Assembly: GCA_963798845.1 (NCBI GenBank)
Contig: CAWCUS010000001.1
Location: 192,001 to 256,000 of the forward strand
Length of the DNA stretch: 64,000 nucleotides
Origin: an uncultured Gemmatimonadales bacterium
Lineage (GTDB): Bacteria; Gemmatimonadota; Gemmatimonadetes; Longimicrobiales; RSA9
Direction of reading: 5' to 3'
This document shows positions 9,251 to 20,075 of the stretch, piece after piece (within the stretch, counting starts at the first letter, position 1; every line of letters starts with the position of its first letter). The translations under genes and the position numbers were made by a program. The notes under the pieces are model-generated. The model was not told where the DNA came from and made no database searches. It saw only the letters and a list, made by a program, of their open reading frames with translations.

Positions 9251-10744
9251 ATGAACAGATTTGCCGCACTCCTCCTCCTGGGGCTCGCCGTTCATCCGGC
9301 GGTGGCCCAGGAGGCGCCGGCCACGCTCAGCCTCGAGGATGCGATTGCGCTGGCGCGGGAGAACAACCCGGACTACCAGGCTCGCCTGAACGACGAGGGG
9401 GTGGCGGACTGGGGCGTGCGCGCTGCGTATGGAAGCCTGCTCCCATCGGCGTCGGTGAGCGGGGGGCTCAGCTATCAGGGCGGGGGGCAGGCGCGTATCG
9501 GGGGGTATACCACCAGCGACATCGGGCTGGGCACGACGCCGGCCTACTATTACTCGAGCTATTCGGTGGGAGTCAGCCTGGCTCTGTCGGGGGCGGACCT
9601 GTACCGGCTGAAGCAGCAGCGGCAGTCGCGCGCGGCTGTGGTGGCGGGGCTGGAAGCGGCGGGTCTGACGCTGGAGTCCCAGGTGACGCAGCAGTACCTG
9701 GCTGCGCTGCGGGCGAGGGACGGGGTGGAGCTGGCGAAGGCGCAGCTCCAGCGCGCCGAAGCGAACCAGGAGCTGGCGGACGCGCGCTATGCGGCGGAAG
9801 CGGCCACGGTGATCGAGGCGAAGCAGGCCGAGGTGGAGCGGGGCCGGGCCGAGGTGGAGGTGGTGCGGGCGCAGGCGGCGATGGAGACGGAGAAGCTCCG
9901 GCTGCTGACGCTGGTGGGGGTGGACGTGGACCGTGATGTCCGCCTGACCACCGACGTGAAGGTGTTCGAGCCGAAGTGGGACGTTCAGACGCTGATCAGC
10001 GCCGCGCTGGGGGGGCACCCGGACCTGGCGGCCGCGAAAGCCTCGCTCGCGTCGGCGAACGCGGGGATCGGCATGGCGAAGAGTGCGTACTGGCCGCGGC
10101 TGTCCCTGTCGACGGGCCTGTCCGGATATACGCGCCGGGTGGGCAGCGACGCATATCTGCTGGACCAGGCGGAGCAGTCGATGGTGAACGCCCGCGACCA
10201 GTGTGCGCTCACGAACGACATCCTGGGCCGCCTCAGCCCGCCGCTGCCGGCGCAGGACTGCAGCCAGCTCAGGCTGACGGACGAGGACCGGGCGCAGATC
10301 CTCGACCAGAACCGGCAGTTCCCGTTCAACTTCGCGTCGGAGCCGGTGTCGGTGTCACTGGGAATCTCGCTCCCCATCTTCCAGGGGCTGTCGCGGCAGC
10401 AGCAGCTCGAGACGGCGCACGCGCAGGCCGAGGACGCGCGCCTCCAGGTTCGTTCGGAGGAGCTGCGAGTGCGCTCCCAGGTGGAGATCGCCTATCGCAC
10501 GTTGCAGGCCGCGTACAAGGCGGAGAAGCTGGAACAGCGGAACCGGTCGCTCGCCGACGACCAGCTGAAGCTGGCGCGCGAGCAGTATCGTGTCGGCACG
10601 ACGTCGTTCGTGGACCTGATGGAAGCCGAGGCCTTGAAGGCGAACGCGGACCGCGCGTATCTGCTGGCGGTGTATTCATTCCAGGAAACGCTCGCGGCGC
10701 TCGAAGCCGCCGTGGGCCAGCACCTGTCGATCCCCGAGAACTGA
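9251..10744 (+). CDS. TolC family outer membrane protein
   Basis: Signal peptide MNRFAALLLL; LSLEDAIALARENNP, YWPRLSL, LPIFQG, ALEAAVG. Confidence 0.9.
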   Translation: MNRFAALLLLGLAVHPAVAQEAPATLSLEDAIALARENNPDYQARLNDEGVADWGVRAAYGSLLPSASVSGGLSYQGGGQARIGGYTTSDIGLGTTPAYYYSSYSVGVSLALSGADLYRLKQQRQSRAAVVAGLEAAGLTLESQVTQQYLAALRARDGVELAKAQLQRAEANQELADARYAAEAATVIEAKQAEVERGRAEVEVVRAQAAMETEKLRLLTLVGVDVDRDVRLTTDVKVFEPKWDVQTLISAALGGHPDLAAAKASLASANAGIGMAKSAYWPRLSLSTGLSGYTRRVGSDAYLLDQAEQSMVNARDQCALTNDILGRLSPPLPAQDCSQLRLTDEDRAQILDQNRQFPFNFASEPVSVSLGISLPIFQGLSRQQQLETAHAQAEDARLQVRSEELRVRSQVEIAYRTLQAAYKAEKLEQRNRSLADDQLKLAREQYRVGTTSFVDLMEAEALKANADRAYLLAVYSFQETLAALEAAVGQHLSIPEN

Positions 10745-10753
10745 AGTGACAGC

Positions 10754-12058
10754 ATGAAACGAAAGACGAAGGTGATACTGGGCATTGGCACGCTCGTCGT
10801 GCTGACGGGAGCGGGGATCGCCGGCGTCCGAGGCGGCGGCGAGAGCGGGGTGGCGATCCGCACGGCCGCGGTGGAGCAGAAGGACCTGGAAGCGGTGGTG
10901 CGCGCCAGCGGGTGGATCCAGCCGCACGTGGCGGTGGATGTCCAGTCCGACATCATGGGACGGGTCACGGCCCTGTACGTGAAGGAAGGGGACACCGTGG
11001 AGAAGGGCCAGATCCTCCTCCGGATCGATCCCACCCAGTACGAGGCGGCCGTGGCGCGGGCCGAGGCCGGGGTGAGCGAAGCGCTGGCACGCGAGGCGCA
11101 GGCGCGTGCGTCGCGGCTCCAGGCGGAGCAGGCGCTCAAGCGCGCCCGTGAGATCCGGAACACCGATTCGCTGCTGATCAGTCCGCAACAGTTCGAGGAC
11201 GCCGAGACGCAGTCAGAGGTCCAGCGGGCGCTCTACGAAGCAGCGCAGCACGGGGTGGACATCTCGCGCGCGGCTTTGCGGGAGTCGCAGGATCAGCTGG
11301 CCAAATCCGTGATCCGCGCACCCATCGACGGGGTCGTGACGCGCCTCAACATCGAGGAGGGCGAGACCGCGATCGTCGGGACCATGAACAACCCGGGTAG
11401 CCTGCTCCTGACCGTCAGTGACCTGTCCGCGATGGAGGCAGTGGTGCGGGTGGACGAGACCGATGTGCCGTCGATCTCGCTGGGAGACAGCGCCACGATC
11501 TCCATCGACGCGTTTCCGCGCCGCAGGTTCACGGGCCGTGTCACCGAGGTCAGCCACAGCTCGACGCTGCCGCCGGACAGCCGAGGCGTGAATCAGCAGC
11601 AGTCGCAGGCCGTGGACTTCGAGGTCGTGATCACGCTGGACGAGCCGCCGATGGGAATCCGGCCCGACCTGTCGGCTACGGCCGAGGTGGTCACGGCGCG
11701 GCGTCCGGACGCGCTGGCCATTCCGATCATCGCCCTGACGGTGCGTGAGCGGAAGGACGTGGAGAAGCTGGACACGGAGCTCTCCGAGGAGCAGAAGGCG
11801 GCCCTGAACGAGATGACGGACGCCGACCAGCAGGACGTGGAGGGCGTGTTCGTCATACGCGATGGAAAGGCGCGCTTCACGATCGTGGACATCGGGATCA
11901 CGGGCCGGGAGGACTTCGAGGTCCTTCGGGGGCTGACGCCCGCCGACACGGTGGTCGCCGGGCCGTACGAGGCCGTCCGGAAACTGAACAATGGCGACGC
12001 GGTGCGCGTCCTACCTACGGCCGAAGAGTCCGGCCCGGAGACCTCGAAAGCGGAGTAG
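10754..12058 (+). CDS. MacA-like periplasmic adaptor subunit
   Basis: N-terminal [35 protein letters not shown]. Confidence 0.92.
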   Translation: MKRKTKVILGIGTLVVLTGAGIAGVRGGGESGVAIRTAAVEQKDLEAVVRASGWIQPHVAVDVQSDIMGRVTALYVKEGDTVEKGQILLRIDPTQYEAAVARAEAGVSEALAREAQARASRLQAEQALKRAREIRNTDSLLISPQQFEDAETQSEVQRALYEAAQHGVDISRAALRESQDQLAKSVIRAPIDGVVTRLNIEEGETAIVGTMNNPGSLLLTVSDLSAMEAVVRVDETDVPSISLGDSATISIDAFPRRRFTGRVTEVSHSSTLPPDSRGVNQQQSQAVDFEVVITLDEPPMGIRPDLSATAEVVTARRPDALAIPIIALTVRERKDVEKLDTELSEEQKAALNEMTDADQQDVEGVFVIRDGKARFTIVDIGITGREDFEVLRGLTPADTVVAGPYEAVRKLNNGDAVRVLPTAEESGPETSKAE

Positions 12059-12065
12059 CGCGAAC

Positions 12066-12773
12066 ATGGAAGAGCGGACGGTCATCCGCACGGTCGGATT
12101 GACGAAGGACTACGTCCTCGGTGCGGAGACGGTGCACGCGCTGCGGGGCGTGGATCTGGACGTTGAGCGGAACGACTACGTGGCCATCATGGGGCCATCG
12201 GGCTCCGGCAAGTCCACGTTCATGAACCTGATCGGGTGCCTGGATACGCCCACGTCCGGGGAGTACTGGCTGAACGGGACAACCGTGAGCCGCATGGATG
12301 ACGATGAGCTTGCTGCGATCCGCAACCGCGAGATCGGCTTTGTCTTCCAGACCTTCAACCTTCTGCCGCGGGCCTCTGCGCTGCACAACGTGGAGCTCCC
12401 GCTGATCTATGGAGGCGCCGCGGCGCGGGAGCGGCGCGAGCGGGCGGAGCACGTGCTGGACCGGGTGGGGCTGGCCGACCGCATGGACCACCGTCCAGCG
12501 GAGCTCTCGGGCGGCCAGCGCCAGCGTGTGGCCGTGGCCCGGGCGCTGGTGAACGATCCTGCGATCCTGCTGGCCGACGAGCCCACCGGGAACCTGGACA
12601 CCCACACGGGCGAGGAGATCATGGCCCTGTTCGAGGAGCTCTACGAAGCCGGCCAGACCATCCTCCTGGTCACCCACGAGCACGACATCGCCAAGCACGC
12701 GCGCCGGACCATCACGCTCCGTGATGGCGTGGTCGAGAGCGACAGCCGGAGCCGGACGGTGGTAGGCGCGTGA
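12066..12773 (+). CDS. ABC transporter ATP-binding protein (MacB/LolD family)
   Basis: Walker [10 protein letters not shown], signature [21 protein letters not shown]-loop VTHE. Confidence 0.95.
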   Translation: MEERTVIRTVGLTKDYVLGAETVHALRGVDLDVERNDYVAIMGPSGSGKSTFMNLIGCLDTPTSGEYWLNGTTVSRMDDDELAAIRNREIGFVFQTFNLLPRASALHNVELPLIYGGAAARERRERAEHVLDRVGLADRMDHRPAELSGGQRQRVAVARALVNDPAILLADEPTGNLDTHTGEEIMALFEELYEAGQTILLVTHEHDIAKHARRTITLRDGVVESDSRSRTVVGA

Positions 12774-14011
12774 GGCCCCGCGAAGCCATCCGCCTCGCCC
12801 TCGCGCAGATCCGCGCTCAGAAGCTGAAAAGCTTCTTCAGCGTGGTGGGGGTCATCATCGGTGTCATGTTCCTGATCGCGGTGATCAGCATCGTGGAGGG
12901 CATGAACCGGTACATGGAGGAGGACTTCGCGAAGACGATCTTCGGGCTCAACACGCTGACCGTCAGCCGCACGCCGTCGGTGCAGATGAACACCAGCCGT
13001 GAGCTGTGGCGCGAATGGATGCGGCGCCCCCGACTCCGGCTGGACGACGCCGAGGCCGTCCGGGAGGCTCTCGAGATCCCCTCGCTCGTCGCGGTCGAAA
13101 GCCAGAGCGGCGGTCGAGCCCGATCCGAGCGCGGCGAGGAGGTGGATGGGGTCTGGCTGACCGCGGCCTCCGCCGACTACTTCCGGATCCGGGAGATGGA
13201 GGTGGACCGGGGCCGGCTGTTCGGCCCCCTCGAGGACCAGTCAGGCGTCCCGGTCGTCGTGGTGGGATCGGAGACCGCGGACAAGCTCTTCGGAGCGCTC
13301 GATCCACTCGGCCGGACGGTACGTATCAACAACGTCGCCTTCCAGGTGATCGGCGTGCTGAAGTCGCAGGGAAGCCTGTTCGGCATGTCGCTGGACAACC
13401 GTGCGATCGCACCGTCGCGCTCCGCCATGGCACGATTGACGAACCCTCACGGCGTGGTCGACAACATCCTGGTCAAGACGAATGATCCGGCCGCGCTGCA
13501 GGCTGCCCGGTCCGGTGTCGAGGCGATCATGCGCGTTCGCCACCGCCTGCGTCCCGGTGACGACGACGACTTCGAGATCGAGACCAAGGATGAGTCGATG
13601 CAGTTCTGGCAGAAGCTCAGCCGCATCCTTTTCATTGCGTTCCCGGCGCTGGTGGGGATCGCGCTCGTGGTGGGTGGGATGGTGATCATGAACATCATGC
13701 TCATGTCGGTCGTGGAACGGACCCGCGAGATCGGCATGCGCAAGGCCGTGGGCGCACGCCGGCGCGACATCCTGCTCCAGATCCTCGTGGAATCCGCCAC
13801 CCTGTCCTTCACGGGTGCGGCCATCGGAATCGGGCTCGGGCTGGCCCTGGCGAAGATCGTCGAAGCGGTCTCACCCATGCCGGCGGCGGTGGGAGTTCGC
13901 TGGCTCGTGATCGCGGCCACAATGGGCGTGGTGGTAGGGGTGGTGGCGGGCCTGTACCCGGCATCCCGCGCGGCCAAGCTCGACCCGGTCGTAGCACTGA
14001 GGGCGGAATAG
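12770..14011 (+). CDS. MacB/FtsX family ABC permease
   Basis: [28 protein letters not shown] motif and [21 protein letters not shown] overlap with the ATPase gene. Confidence 0.93.
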   Translation: MRPREAIRLALAQIRAQKLKSFFSVVGVIIGVMFLIAVISIVEGMNRYMEEDFAKTIFGLNTLTVSRTPSVQMNTSRELWREWMRRPRLRLDDAEAVREALEIPSLVAVESQSGGRARSERGEEVDGVWLTAASADYFRIREMEVDRGRLFGPLEDQSGVPVVVVGSETADKLFGALDPLGRTVRINNVAFQVIGVLKSQGSLFGMSLDNRAIAPSRSAMARLTNPHGVVDNILVKTNDPAALQAARSGVEAIMRVRHRLRPGDDDDFEIETKDESMQFWQKLSRILFIAFPALVGIALVVGGMVIMNIMLMSVVERTREIGMRKAVGARRRDILLQILVESATLSFTGAAIGIGLGLALAKIVEAVSPMPAAVGVRWLVIAATMGVVVGVVAGLYPASRAAKLDPVVALRAE

Positions 14012-14012
14012 C

Positions 14013-15263
14013 ATGCGGGTTCTCGGGGCGGTGGAACGGATCCGGGAGGCGGTCTTCATCGCCCTCGAGCAGCTGCGGGCCAACAAGTTCCGCTCGGCCA
14101 TGACGATTCTCGGGATCGTGGTGGGCGTGGCCACGGTGATGACCATGAGTGCGGCCATCGCGGGAATCCGCGGCGAGGCCATGGCCGGGATCGAGGCCGC
14201 GGGGCCGAAGAACTTCATCGTGGGCCGCTACAACTTCGTCGAGATCCAGATCAACGAGCACGGCCCGCCCTGGGGCGACAATCCCAAGGTGACGGCGCGG
14301 GAGGCCGAGCGGCTTCGTCAGCTGTCCCACGTCCGCACGGCCGTAGTCGAGGTCGTGAACGGCAGCGGCAGCATCAGCGGACCGCACGGCGGCGATCCGG
14401 TGAACGCTGCCATCGCGGGAGAGAGCGAGGGCTGGGACGAGTTCACGATCGGGACGTTCACGGCCGGGCACAACTTCCTCCGCTCGGACGTGACGGCGAA
14501 CCGGGCCGTGGTGGTGCTGACGAAGAAGCTCAGCGAGAGCCTGTTCGGCTCTCTGGATCCGATCGGGCGCATGGTCCGGATCGAGGGGTGGCCGTTCACG
14601 GTCATCGGCGTCTACGAGCGCGAGGGGAACATCTTCGGCGACGAAGCCGGCGAGTTCGCCGCGGTCCCGTACACGGCGGCGCTGAAGCAGCTGAAATTCT
14701 GGGATGGCATGCTGCGGGCGCTGGTGGTCACGGCGGACGGATCGACGCAGGCCGAAGCCATGGACGAGGTGATCGGAACGATGCGCGGCATGCGCGGCCT
14801 CCGCCCGGGCGACCCGAACAACTTCGCAGTGATCCGCCAGCAGCAGGTCCTGGACACGTTCAACAAGATCACCGGCGTCTTCTTCATTGTGATGATCGGT
14901 CTTTCTTCCGTGGCCCTGCTGGTGGGCGGCGTGGGGGTGATCGCCATCATGATGATCTCGGTCACGGAGCGAACGCGGGAGATCGGGGTGCGCAAGGCGC
15001 TGGGCGCGCGTCGTCGCGAAATCCTGTGGCAGTTCCTCTTCGAGGCGTCCACGCTCACGGTGGTGGGGGCCACCGTGGGGATGGTCCTGGGCGGGATCGC
15101 GGCCTGGCTGATCAAGACGCTGACGCCGATTCCGGCCGAGGTCCAGCCCGGCGCGGTCATCGCCGCTCTCGTCATGGCAGCCATCGCAGGCGTCTTCTTC
15201 GGCCTCTTCCCTGCCTGGCGAGCTTCTCGGCTCGACCCCGTGGTCGCGCTCCGCTACGAGTGA
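14013..15263 (+). CDS. MacB/FtsX family ABC permease (second paralog)
   Basis: SVTERTREIGVRKALGA and [17 protein letters not shown]. Confidence 0.93.
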   Translation: MRVLGAVERIREAVFIALEQLRANKFRSAMTILGIVVGVATVMTMSAAIAGIRGEAMAGIEAAGPKNFIVGRYNFVEIQINEHGPPWGDNPKVTAREAERLRQLSHVRTAVVEVVNGSGSISGPHGGDPVNAAIAGESEGWDEFTIGTFTAGHNFLRSDVTANRAVVVLTKKLSESLFGSLDPIGRMVRIEGWPFTVIGVYEREGNIFGDEAGEFAAVPYTAALKQLKFWDGMLRALVVTADGSTQAEAMDEVIGTMRGMRGLRPGDPNNFAVIRQQQVLDTFNKITGVFFIVMIGLSSVALLVGGVGVIAIMMISVTERTREIGVRKALGARRREILWQFLFEASTLTVVGATVGMVLGGIAAWLIKTLTPIPAEVQPGAVIAALVMAAIAGVFFGLFPAWRASRLDPVVALRYE

Positions 15264-15985
15264 TGGAGCCGCTCGATCTCCTGGCCCTCGTCGCCCATCC
15301 GGACGACGCCGAGCTGCTGTGCGGCGGTGCGCTCATCCGTGCCGCCGACGCCGGGCACCGCACCGGTGTCCTGGACCTGACGGGCGGAGAGACGGGCAGC
15401 TCCGGCAGCGCCGACCTCCGCGCGCGAGAGGCCGAACGCGCGAGCGAGATCCTCGGTTTGTCGGTCCGGCGGACCGCCGGACTCCCCGACGGAGCGCTGG
15501 AGAACTCGCCCGCCGCGCGTCAGAGCGTGGCCGCGATCCTGCGCGAGCTGCGCCCCGACACGGTCATCCTCATGTGGCCGGAAGGGCGGCACCCGGACCA
15601 CCGCGCGGCGAGCGGGCTCGGCTGGGACGCGAGCTTCGTGGCCGGTCTTCGCAACGCGGACATCCCGGGCTCCCCGTTCCGCCCGCGCAAAGTGCTGTAC
15701 GCGATGGCCTACCGCGAGCACACGCCACGCCCCACCGTGGTCCTGGATATCTCCGCGGTGATGGAGCGGAAGCTGGACGCGATCTTCGCCTACGGCTCGC
15801 AGTTCGAGGGGCGGCGCGGGATGGGCGAGGTCTACCCGGCGGGCCAACGCGATCTGAAGGAGCAGATCCGGGTGCACGCCGCCTACTACGGTGGGCTGAT
15901 CCGAAAGGAGTACGGGGAGCCGTTCTGGACCAGGGAGACCGTGGCGGTGGATGACGTGGCGGGGCTCGCAGTCGCTTCCTTCTGA
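15263..15985 (+). CDS. bshB1: PIG-L family deacetylase, bacillithiol biosynthesis BshB1-like
   Basis: AHPDDAEL, DLTGGETGS, RHPDH and YGSQF motifs. TGATG overlap with the upstream permease. Confidence 0.8.
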   Translation: MEPLDLLALVAHPDDAELLCGGALIRAADAGHRTGVLDLTGGETGSSGSADLRAREAERASEILGLSVRRTAGLPDGALENSPAARQSVAAILRELRPDTVILMWPEGRHPDHRAASGLGWDASFVAGLRNADIPGSPFRPRKVLYAMAYREHTPRPTVVLDISAVMERKLDAIFAYGSQFEGRRGMGEVYPAGQRDLKEQIRVHAAYYGGLIRKEYGEPFWTRETVAVDDVAGLAVASF

Positions 15986-15996
15986 GGTCGTACGGC

Positions 15997-16338
15997 TCAG
16001 CCGCAGCGCACCTCGAGCAGCAAGCGCCGCCAGCTCGGGACATCCTGCCCCGAAACCCGCACCGCACGCGCCTTCGCCGAGCCCCCCCTGAGCAGCCATG
16101 GACCGAGCCAGAACTCGATCTCCGGCGGCAGGTGCCCGATCACGTCACCGCCGGCGCAATGCACCCAGACGCCGGGTTCGTCGTCCACCGGGGGGCCAGG
16201 AAGCAGAACGAGCTCATCCCCTTCGCGCAGCCCGTCCACGCGGGAGAAACGGTCGCCGAAAACCGTCCCATGGACGGTGGCGAAGAAATGCGCCGGGCGC
16301 TCCGGTGGCAAAGCCGGTGGGGTTCTGCGGTATCTCAC
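15997..16338 (-). CDS. Stand-alone HIRAN domain protein
   Basis: ATVHGTVF...LREGDELVL...VWVH...IGHLP pattern. GTG start lies 7 nt after a TATATT -10 box. Confidence 0.7.
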   Translation of the reverse strand: MRYRRTPPALPPERPAHFFATVHGTVFGDRFSRVDGLREGDELVLLPGPPVDDEPGVWVHCAGGDVIGHLPPEIEFWLGPWLLRGGSAKARAVRVSGQDVPSWRRLLLEVRCG

Positions 16339-16459
16339 TGTTAGGAATATAGGGAACCGGCACCAGATATCCACGCCCGGCTCCGGGCCCACGGCGACAC
16401 CGCCGGCCTGCGGGTGACGACGCCGAAACCTACGGATCGGCGAGGGTTATTACGTTCCC

Positions 16460-17602
16460 ATGACCGAACCGCTGCTCTACCTCGACCACGCCGCGACCAC
16501 GCCGCTGAGACCGGAAGCCCGGGCGGCGATGGAGCCATTTCTGTCGGACCATTTCGCCAACCCGTCGAGCTCTCACGCTCCAGGACGGGCGGCGCGAGCG
16601 GCGTTGGAAGAGGCGCGCGAACGCGTGGCCGGGCTGCTGGGCGCCAGCGCGGACGAGGTCGTGTTCACGGGCGGCGGGACGGAAGCCGACAACCTCGCCG
16701 TCCTCGGCCGCTGGCGTGCCGGTGGTCGTGGCGTGGCGCTGTCGGGGGTGGAGCACAGCGCCGTGCGGGCGTCGGCCGCGCAGGCGGCCCGCGAAGGAGC
16801 CTCCACCTGTACGGTTGCCGTGGACGAGGACGGCCGCCTCGATGTCGCCGCGCTGGAGGAGGCGCTCGAAGAGCCTCTGTCCGTGGTTTCGGTCATGTGG
16901 GGGAACAACGAGGTGGGTGCACTGCAGCCGGTGGAACGCGTGGCGGCGCTGTGCCGGGAACGGGGCGTGGTATTCCACACCGACGCCGTGCAGGCCGTGG
17001 GGCACGTGCCCGTCTCGGTGTCGGACGTCCCGGTGGACCTGCTCGCGCTGACCGCCCACAAGTTCGGCGGCCCGCGGGGCACGGGCGTGCTCTTCATCCG
17101 GCGCGGGGTCGAGCTGGAGCCGGTGCTCCACGGCGGAGGTCAGGAGGGCGGCCTGCGGCCCGGTACATCCAACGTGGCCGGCGCCGTCGGGCTGGCCGCG
17201 GCCCTGGAGCGGGCGAGCGCGGAGCTGGCCCATGAAGCCGTCCGCCTGCGCGGGCTTCGGGACGTGTTGGAGAGCCGGATCGCCGCACGGGTCCCCGGTG
17301 TGTCGGTCAACGCCGCGGGGACCGAGCGCCTGCCGCACATCACCAGCCTTGCCGTTTCCGCCGCGGCAGCCGACGTCCTGATGGCATCGCTCGATCTTGC
17401 GGGCGTGGCGGCATTGGCGGGGTCGGCGTGCCACAGCGGCAGCGCGGCGCCCAGCCACGTGCTGGTGGCGATGGGCCGCAACCCGGAGGCGGTCGTCCGC
17501 CTTTCGCTAGGCTGGACCACGACGGAGCGGGACGTGGAGCGGGCCATCGGGATCGTCGCGGACGCGATGGAGCGCGCGCGGACCGTGGGTGCGCCGGCGT
17601 GA
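16460..17602 (+). CDS. iscS: Cysteine desulfurase (IscS/NifS group I)
   Basis: YLDHAATTP, FTGGGTEADN, HTDAVQA, AHKFGGP (PLP Lys), GSAC (catalytic Cys). Adjacent to mnmA. Confidence 0.92.
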   Translation: MTEPLLYLDHAATTPLRPEARAAMEPFLSDHFANPSSSHAPGRAARAALEEARERVAGLLGASADEVVFTGGGTEADNLAVLGRWRAGGRGVALSGVEHSAVRASAAQAAREGASTCTVAVDEDGRLDVAALEEALEEPLSVVSVMWGNNEVGALQPVERVAALCRERGVVFHTDAVQAVGHVPVSVSDVPVDLLALTAHKFGGPRGTGVLFIRRGVELEPVLHGGGQEGGLRPGTSNVAGAVGLAAALERASAELAHEAVRLRGLRDVLESRIAARVPGVSVNAAGTERLPHITSLAVSAAAADVLMASLDLAGVAALAGSACHSGSAAPSHVLVAMGRNPEAVVRLSLGWTTTERDVERAIGIVADAMERARTVGAPA

Positions 17603-18693
17603 CGCGGCTGCCCGGTCGCGGGGAGACGGTGCTCGTCGCCATGTCCGGCGGGGTCGACAGTTCCGTGGCCGCAGCGCTGCTGGTGGAGGAGGGCTACCGG
17701 GTGATCGGGGCCACGATGAAGACCTTCTGCTACGCCGAGACCCCGTCTCACGGGAAGACGTGCTGCGGGCTCGACGGGATCATGGACGCGCGGCGCGTGT
17801 CCGACCGCCTCGGAATCCCGCACTACGTCTTCGACATGGAGGAGTCGTTCGGCAGGGCGGTCATGGACGACTTCGTCGACGAGTACGCTGCGGGACGGAC
17901 GCCGAACCCGTGCGTACGGTGCAACTCCAACACCAAGATCCCCGACCTGCTCCAGCGAGGTCGTGCGCTGGGCGCCGGCTTCATCGCCACCGGTCATTAC
18001 GCCCGGATCCGGCGGGAGGACGGGGGGCCGCCCGCGCTGCTTCGAGCCCGCGACGCGGCCAAGGACCAGTCGTATTTTCTCTGGGGCCTCCCGAGGGAGG
18101 TGCTGGACGTCATCCTCTTCCCGGTCGGGATGCTGACCAAGCCGCAGGTCCGGGCGAGGGCCCGTGCCCTCGGCCTTTCCACAGCGGACAAGCCCGAGTC
18201 GCAGGAGATCTGCTTCGTCCCCACGGGCCGCTACACCGACTTCCTCGCCGACCGCCTGGGCTCGACACACCCCGCCCTGACGCCCGGGCCCATGGTGGAC
18301 GCGCGCGGGGAACGCGTGGGCGAGCACGACGGCTACGCCCGCTATACGGTGGGACAGCGAAAGGGTCTGGGCGGCGGGTTCGGTCGGAAGCTCTACGTCC
18401 TCGGCACGCGGCCGTCGACGAACGAGGTGGTGGTCGGTGGCGAGGAGGAACTGTTCCGGGACGAGGTGGCAGTGGGAGACCTGAACTGGCTGGGTTCCCC
18501 GCCGACCCACGGCGAGGCCGTTGTGGTGCGGTTGAGGCACCAGGGAGACCTCGTGGATGCGACGGTGACAGCGACCGGGAGCGCCGAGATGGTCAAGCTC
18601 CGCCTCGGTGAGCCCCAGCGAGCGATCACGCCAGGGCAGTCGGCCGCGGTGTACCGGGGCGAGGTTCTCGTGGGCGGTGGGCGGATCCGGTAG
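17599..18693 (+). CDS. mnmA: tRNA 2-thiouridine(34) synthase
   Basis: AMSGGVDSSV, TPNPCVRCN, ATGHYA, KDQSYFL, ESQEICF, YTVGQRKG, PGQSA. Confidence 0.96.
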   Translation: MTRLPGRGETVLVAMSGGVDSSVAAALLVEEGYRVIGATMKTFCYAETPSHGKTCCGLDGIMDARRVSDRLGIPHYVFDMEESFGRAVMDDFVDEYAAGRTPNPCVRCNSNTKIPDLLQRGRALGAGFIATGHYARIRREDGGPPALLRARDAAKDQSYFLWGLPREVLDVILFPVGMLTKPQVRARARALGLSTADKPESQEICFVPTGRYTDFLADRLGSTHPALTPGPMVDARGERVGEHDGYARYTVGQRKGLGGGFGRKLYVLGTRPSTNEVVVGGEEELFRDEVAVGDLNWLGSPPTHGEAVVVRLRHQGDLVDATVTATGSAEMVKLRLGEPQRAITPGQSAAVYRGEVLVGGGRIR

Positions 18694-18708
18694 CCCGGCA
18701 TGGATCGC

Positions 18709-18942
18709 TCAGGAAACGTCGTGTGCCTGCCGCAGCAGCGTCCGGAGCTCGTCCTTCGACGCCCGCTCCACCTCGCGCTCCACCTCGGCCGTCGCTCCGT
18801 CCCTCGCCAGCGCGCGGGGCCGCCGGCTCCGATCGGAGAGGCAGAGGAACACGATCTCGGTGTGCTGCGGGAATCCATTCTCGCCGGAAGAAGGAAAGGC
18901 CTCCCAGAGGAGCAGGTCATCGTCCTGGATGATTCGGCTCAT
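18709..18942 (-). CDS. Small hypothetical protein (77 aa)
   Basis: Fills the gap directly after dnaJ on the same strand; normal composition and codon bias. Confidence 0.7.
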   Translation of the reverse strand: MSRIIQDDDLLLWEAFPSSGENGFPQHTEIVFLCLSDRSRRPRALARDGATAEVEREVERASKDELRTLLRQAHDVS

Positions 18943-18947
18943 GGCAT

Positions 18948-20069
18948 TCAGTAACGGAGCTCCGCGGCTTCCGCGAACTCCCGCATCAGCCGCTGCTCGT
19001 TCTCGTTCAGCGTTTCCGGCACCGTGATCTTCACCTGCACGTACTGGTCGCCTCGCTTCCCGTTCCGCTCGATTCCCTGCCGCGGGATTCGGAACTTGGT
19101 CCCGGATTGGGTACCCGGTGGAATCCGAAGCGAGACCTTCTTACCGTCCACGGTTCGCACCCGGATCTTGGACCCGAGCGCCGCCTGGGCGATGTTGACG
19201 GGGACCGTGCAGTGTACGTCGAGTCCCTTCCGGCGGAAAAACCGGTGGGGCTGAACCTGGAACGTGATCAGCAGGTCGCCGGCCGGGCCGCCGCCGCTGC
19301 CCCGTTCCCCCTGGCCGGACAGGCGGAGCTTCGATCCGGTGTCGACCCCCGCGGGCACTTTCAGCCGGATCTGCCGCTCCTGGCGTAGCTGCCCGCTGCC
19401 GCCGCACGCGTGGCACGGCTGCGCGGGGATGTGCCCGCGACCGTAGCACGCCGGACATGGCCGATTCACGGCGAAGCCGCCCTGGCCGAAGGATATCGTG
19501 CCCGAGCCGCCACATTCAGAGCAGACCGTCATGCGGGTGCCCGGCTCCGCACCCGACCCGCCGCAGATGGTGCACTCCTCGGTGACCGGGACAGTGATCG
19601 CAATGGCGCCCCCGCGGGCCGCGGTCTCGAAGGAGATCTCGACGGTGAACTCGACGTCCGCACCCCGCTCCGGGCCGCCACGGGGTTTCCGCTTGCGGCC
19701 GAAGTCGAAGATGGAGCTGAACAGATCGCCCAGGCCGCCGATGTCGCCCAGATCGTCCATCGTGAAGCGGACTCCGCCGCCGCCGGGCTGTCCGGCGAAG
19801 CCGCCGGTCCCGCCGGCTGCACCGCCGAAACCGGAGAACGGTCCCATCCGCCGCATTTGGTCGTACTGCGCCCGCTTCTCCGCGTTGGAGAGGACGGCGT
19901 ACGCCTCACCGATCTCCTTGAAGCGCTCGGCTGCGCGTGGATCGTTCTGGTTCGCGTCCGGATGGTACTGTTTGGCGAGCTTCCGGTACGCCTTCTTGAT
20001 CTCGCCGGCGTCCGCCTTCTCCGAGACTCCCAGGATCTGGTAGTAGTCCTTCGAGGTCGCCGTGGGCAT
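18948..20069 (-). CDS. dnaJ: Molecular chaperone DnaJ
   Basis: J-domain with HPD, G/F-rich region, four CxxCxGxG repeats, C-terminal domain. Confidence 0.97.
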   Translation of the reverse strand: MPTATSKDYYQILGVSEKADAGEIKKAYRKLAKQYHPDANQNDPRAAERFKEIGEAYAVLSNAEKRAQYDQMRRMGPFSGFGGAAGGTGGFAGQPGGGGVRFTMDDLGDIGGLGDLFSSIFDFGRKRKPRGGPERGADVEFTVEISFETAARGGAIAITVPVTEECTICGGSGAEPGTRMTVCSECGGSGTISFGQGGFAVNRPCPACYGRGHIPAQPCHACGGSGQLRQERQIRLKVPAGVDTGSKLRLSGQGERGSGGGPAGDLLITFQVQPHRFFRRKGLDVHCTVPVNIAQAALGSKIRVRTVDGKKVSLRIPPGTQSGTKFRIPRQGIERNGKRGDQYVQVKITVPETLNENEQRLMREFAEAAELRY

Positions 20070-20075
20070 GCCGCG

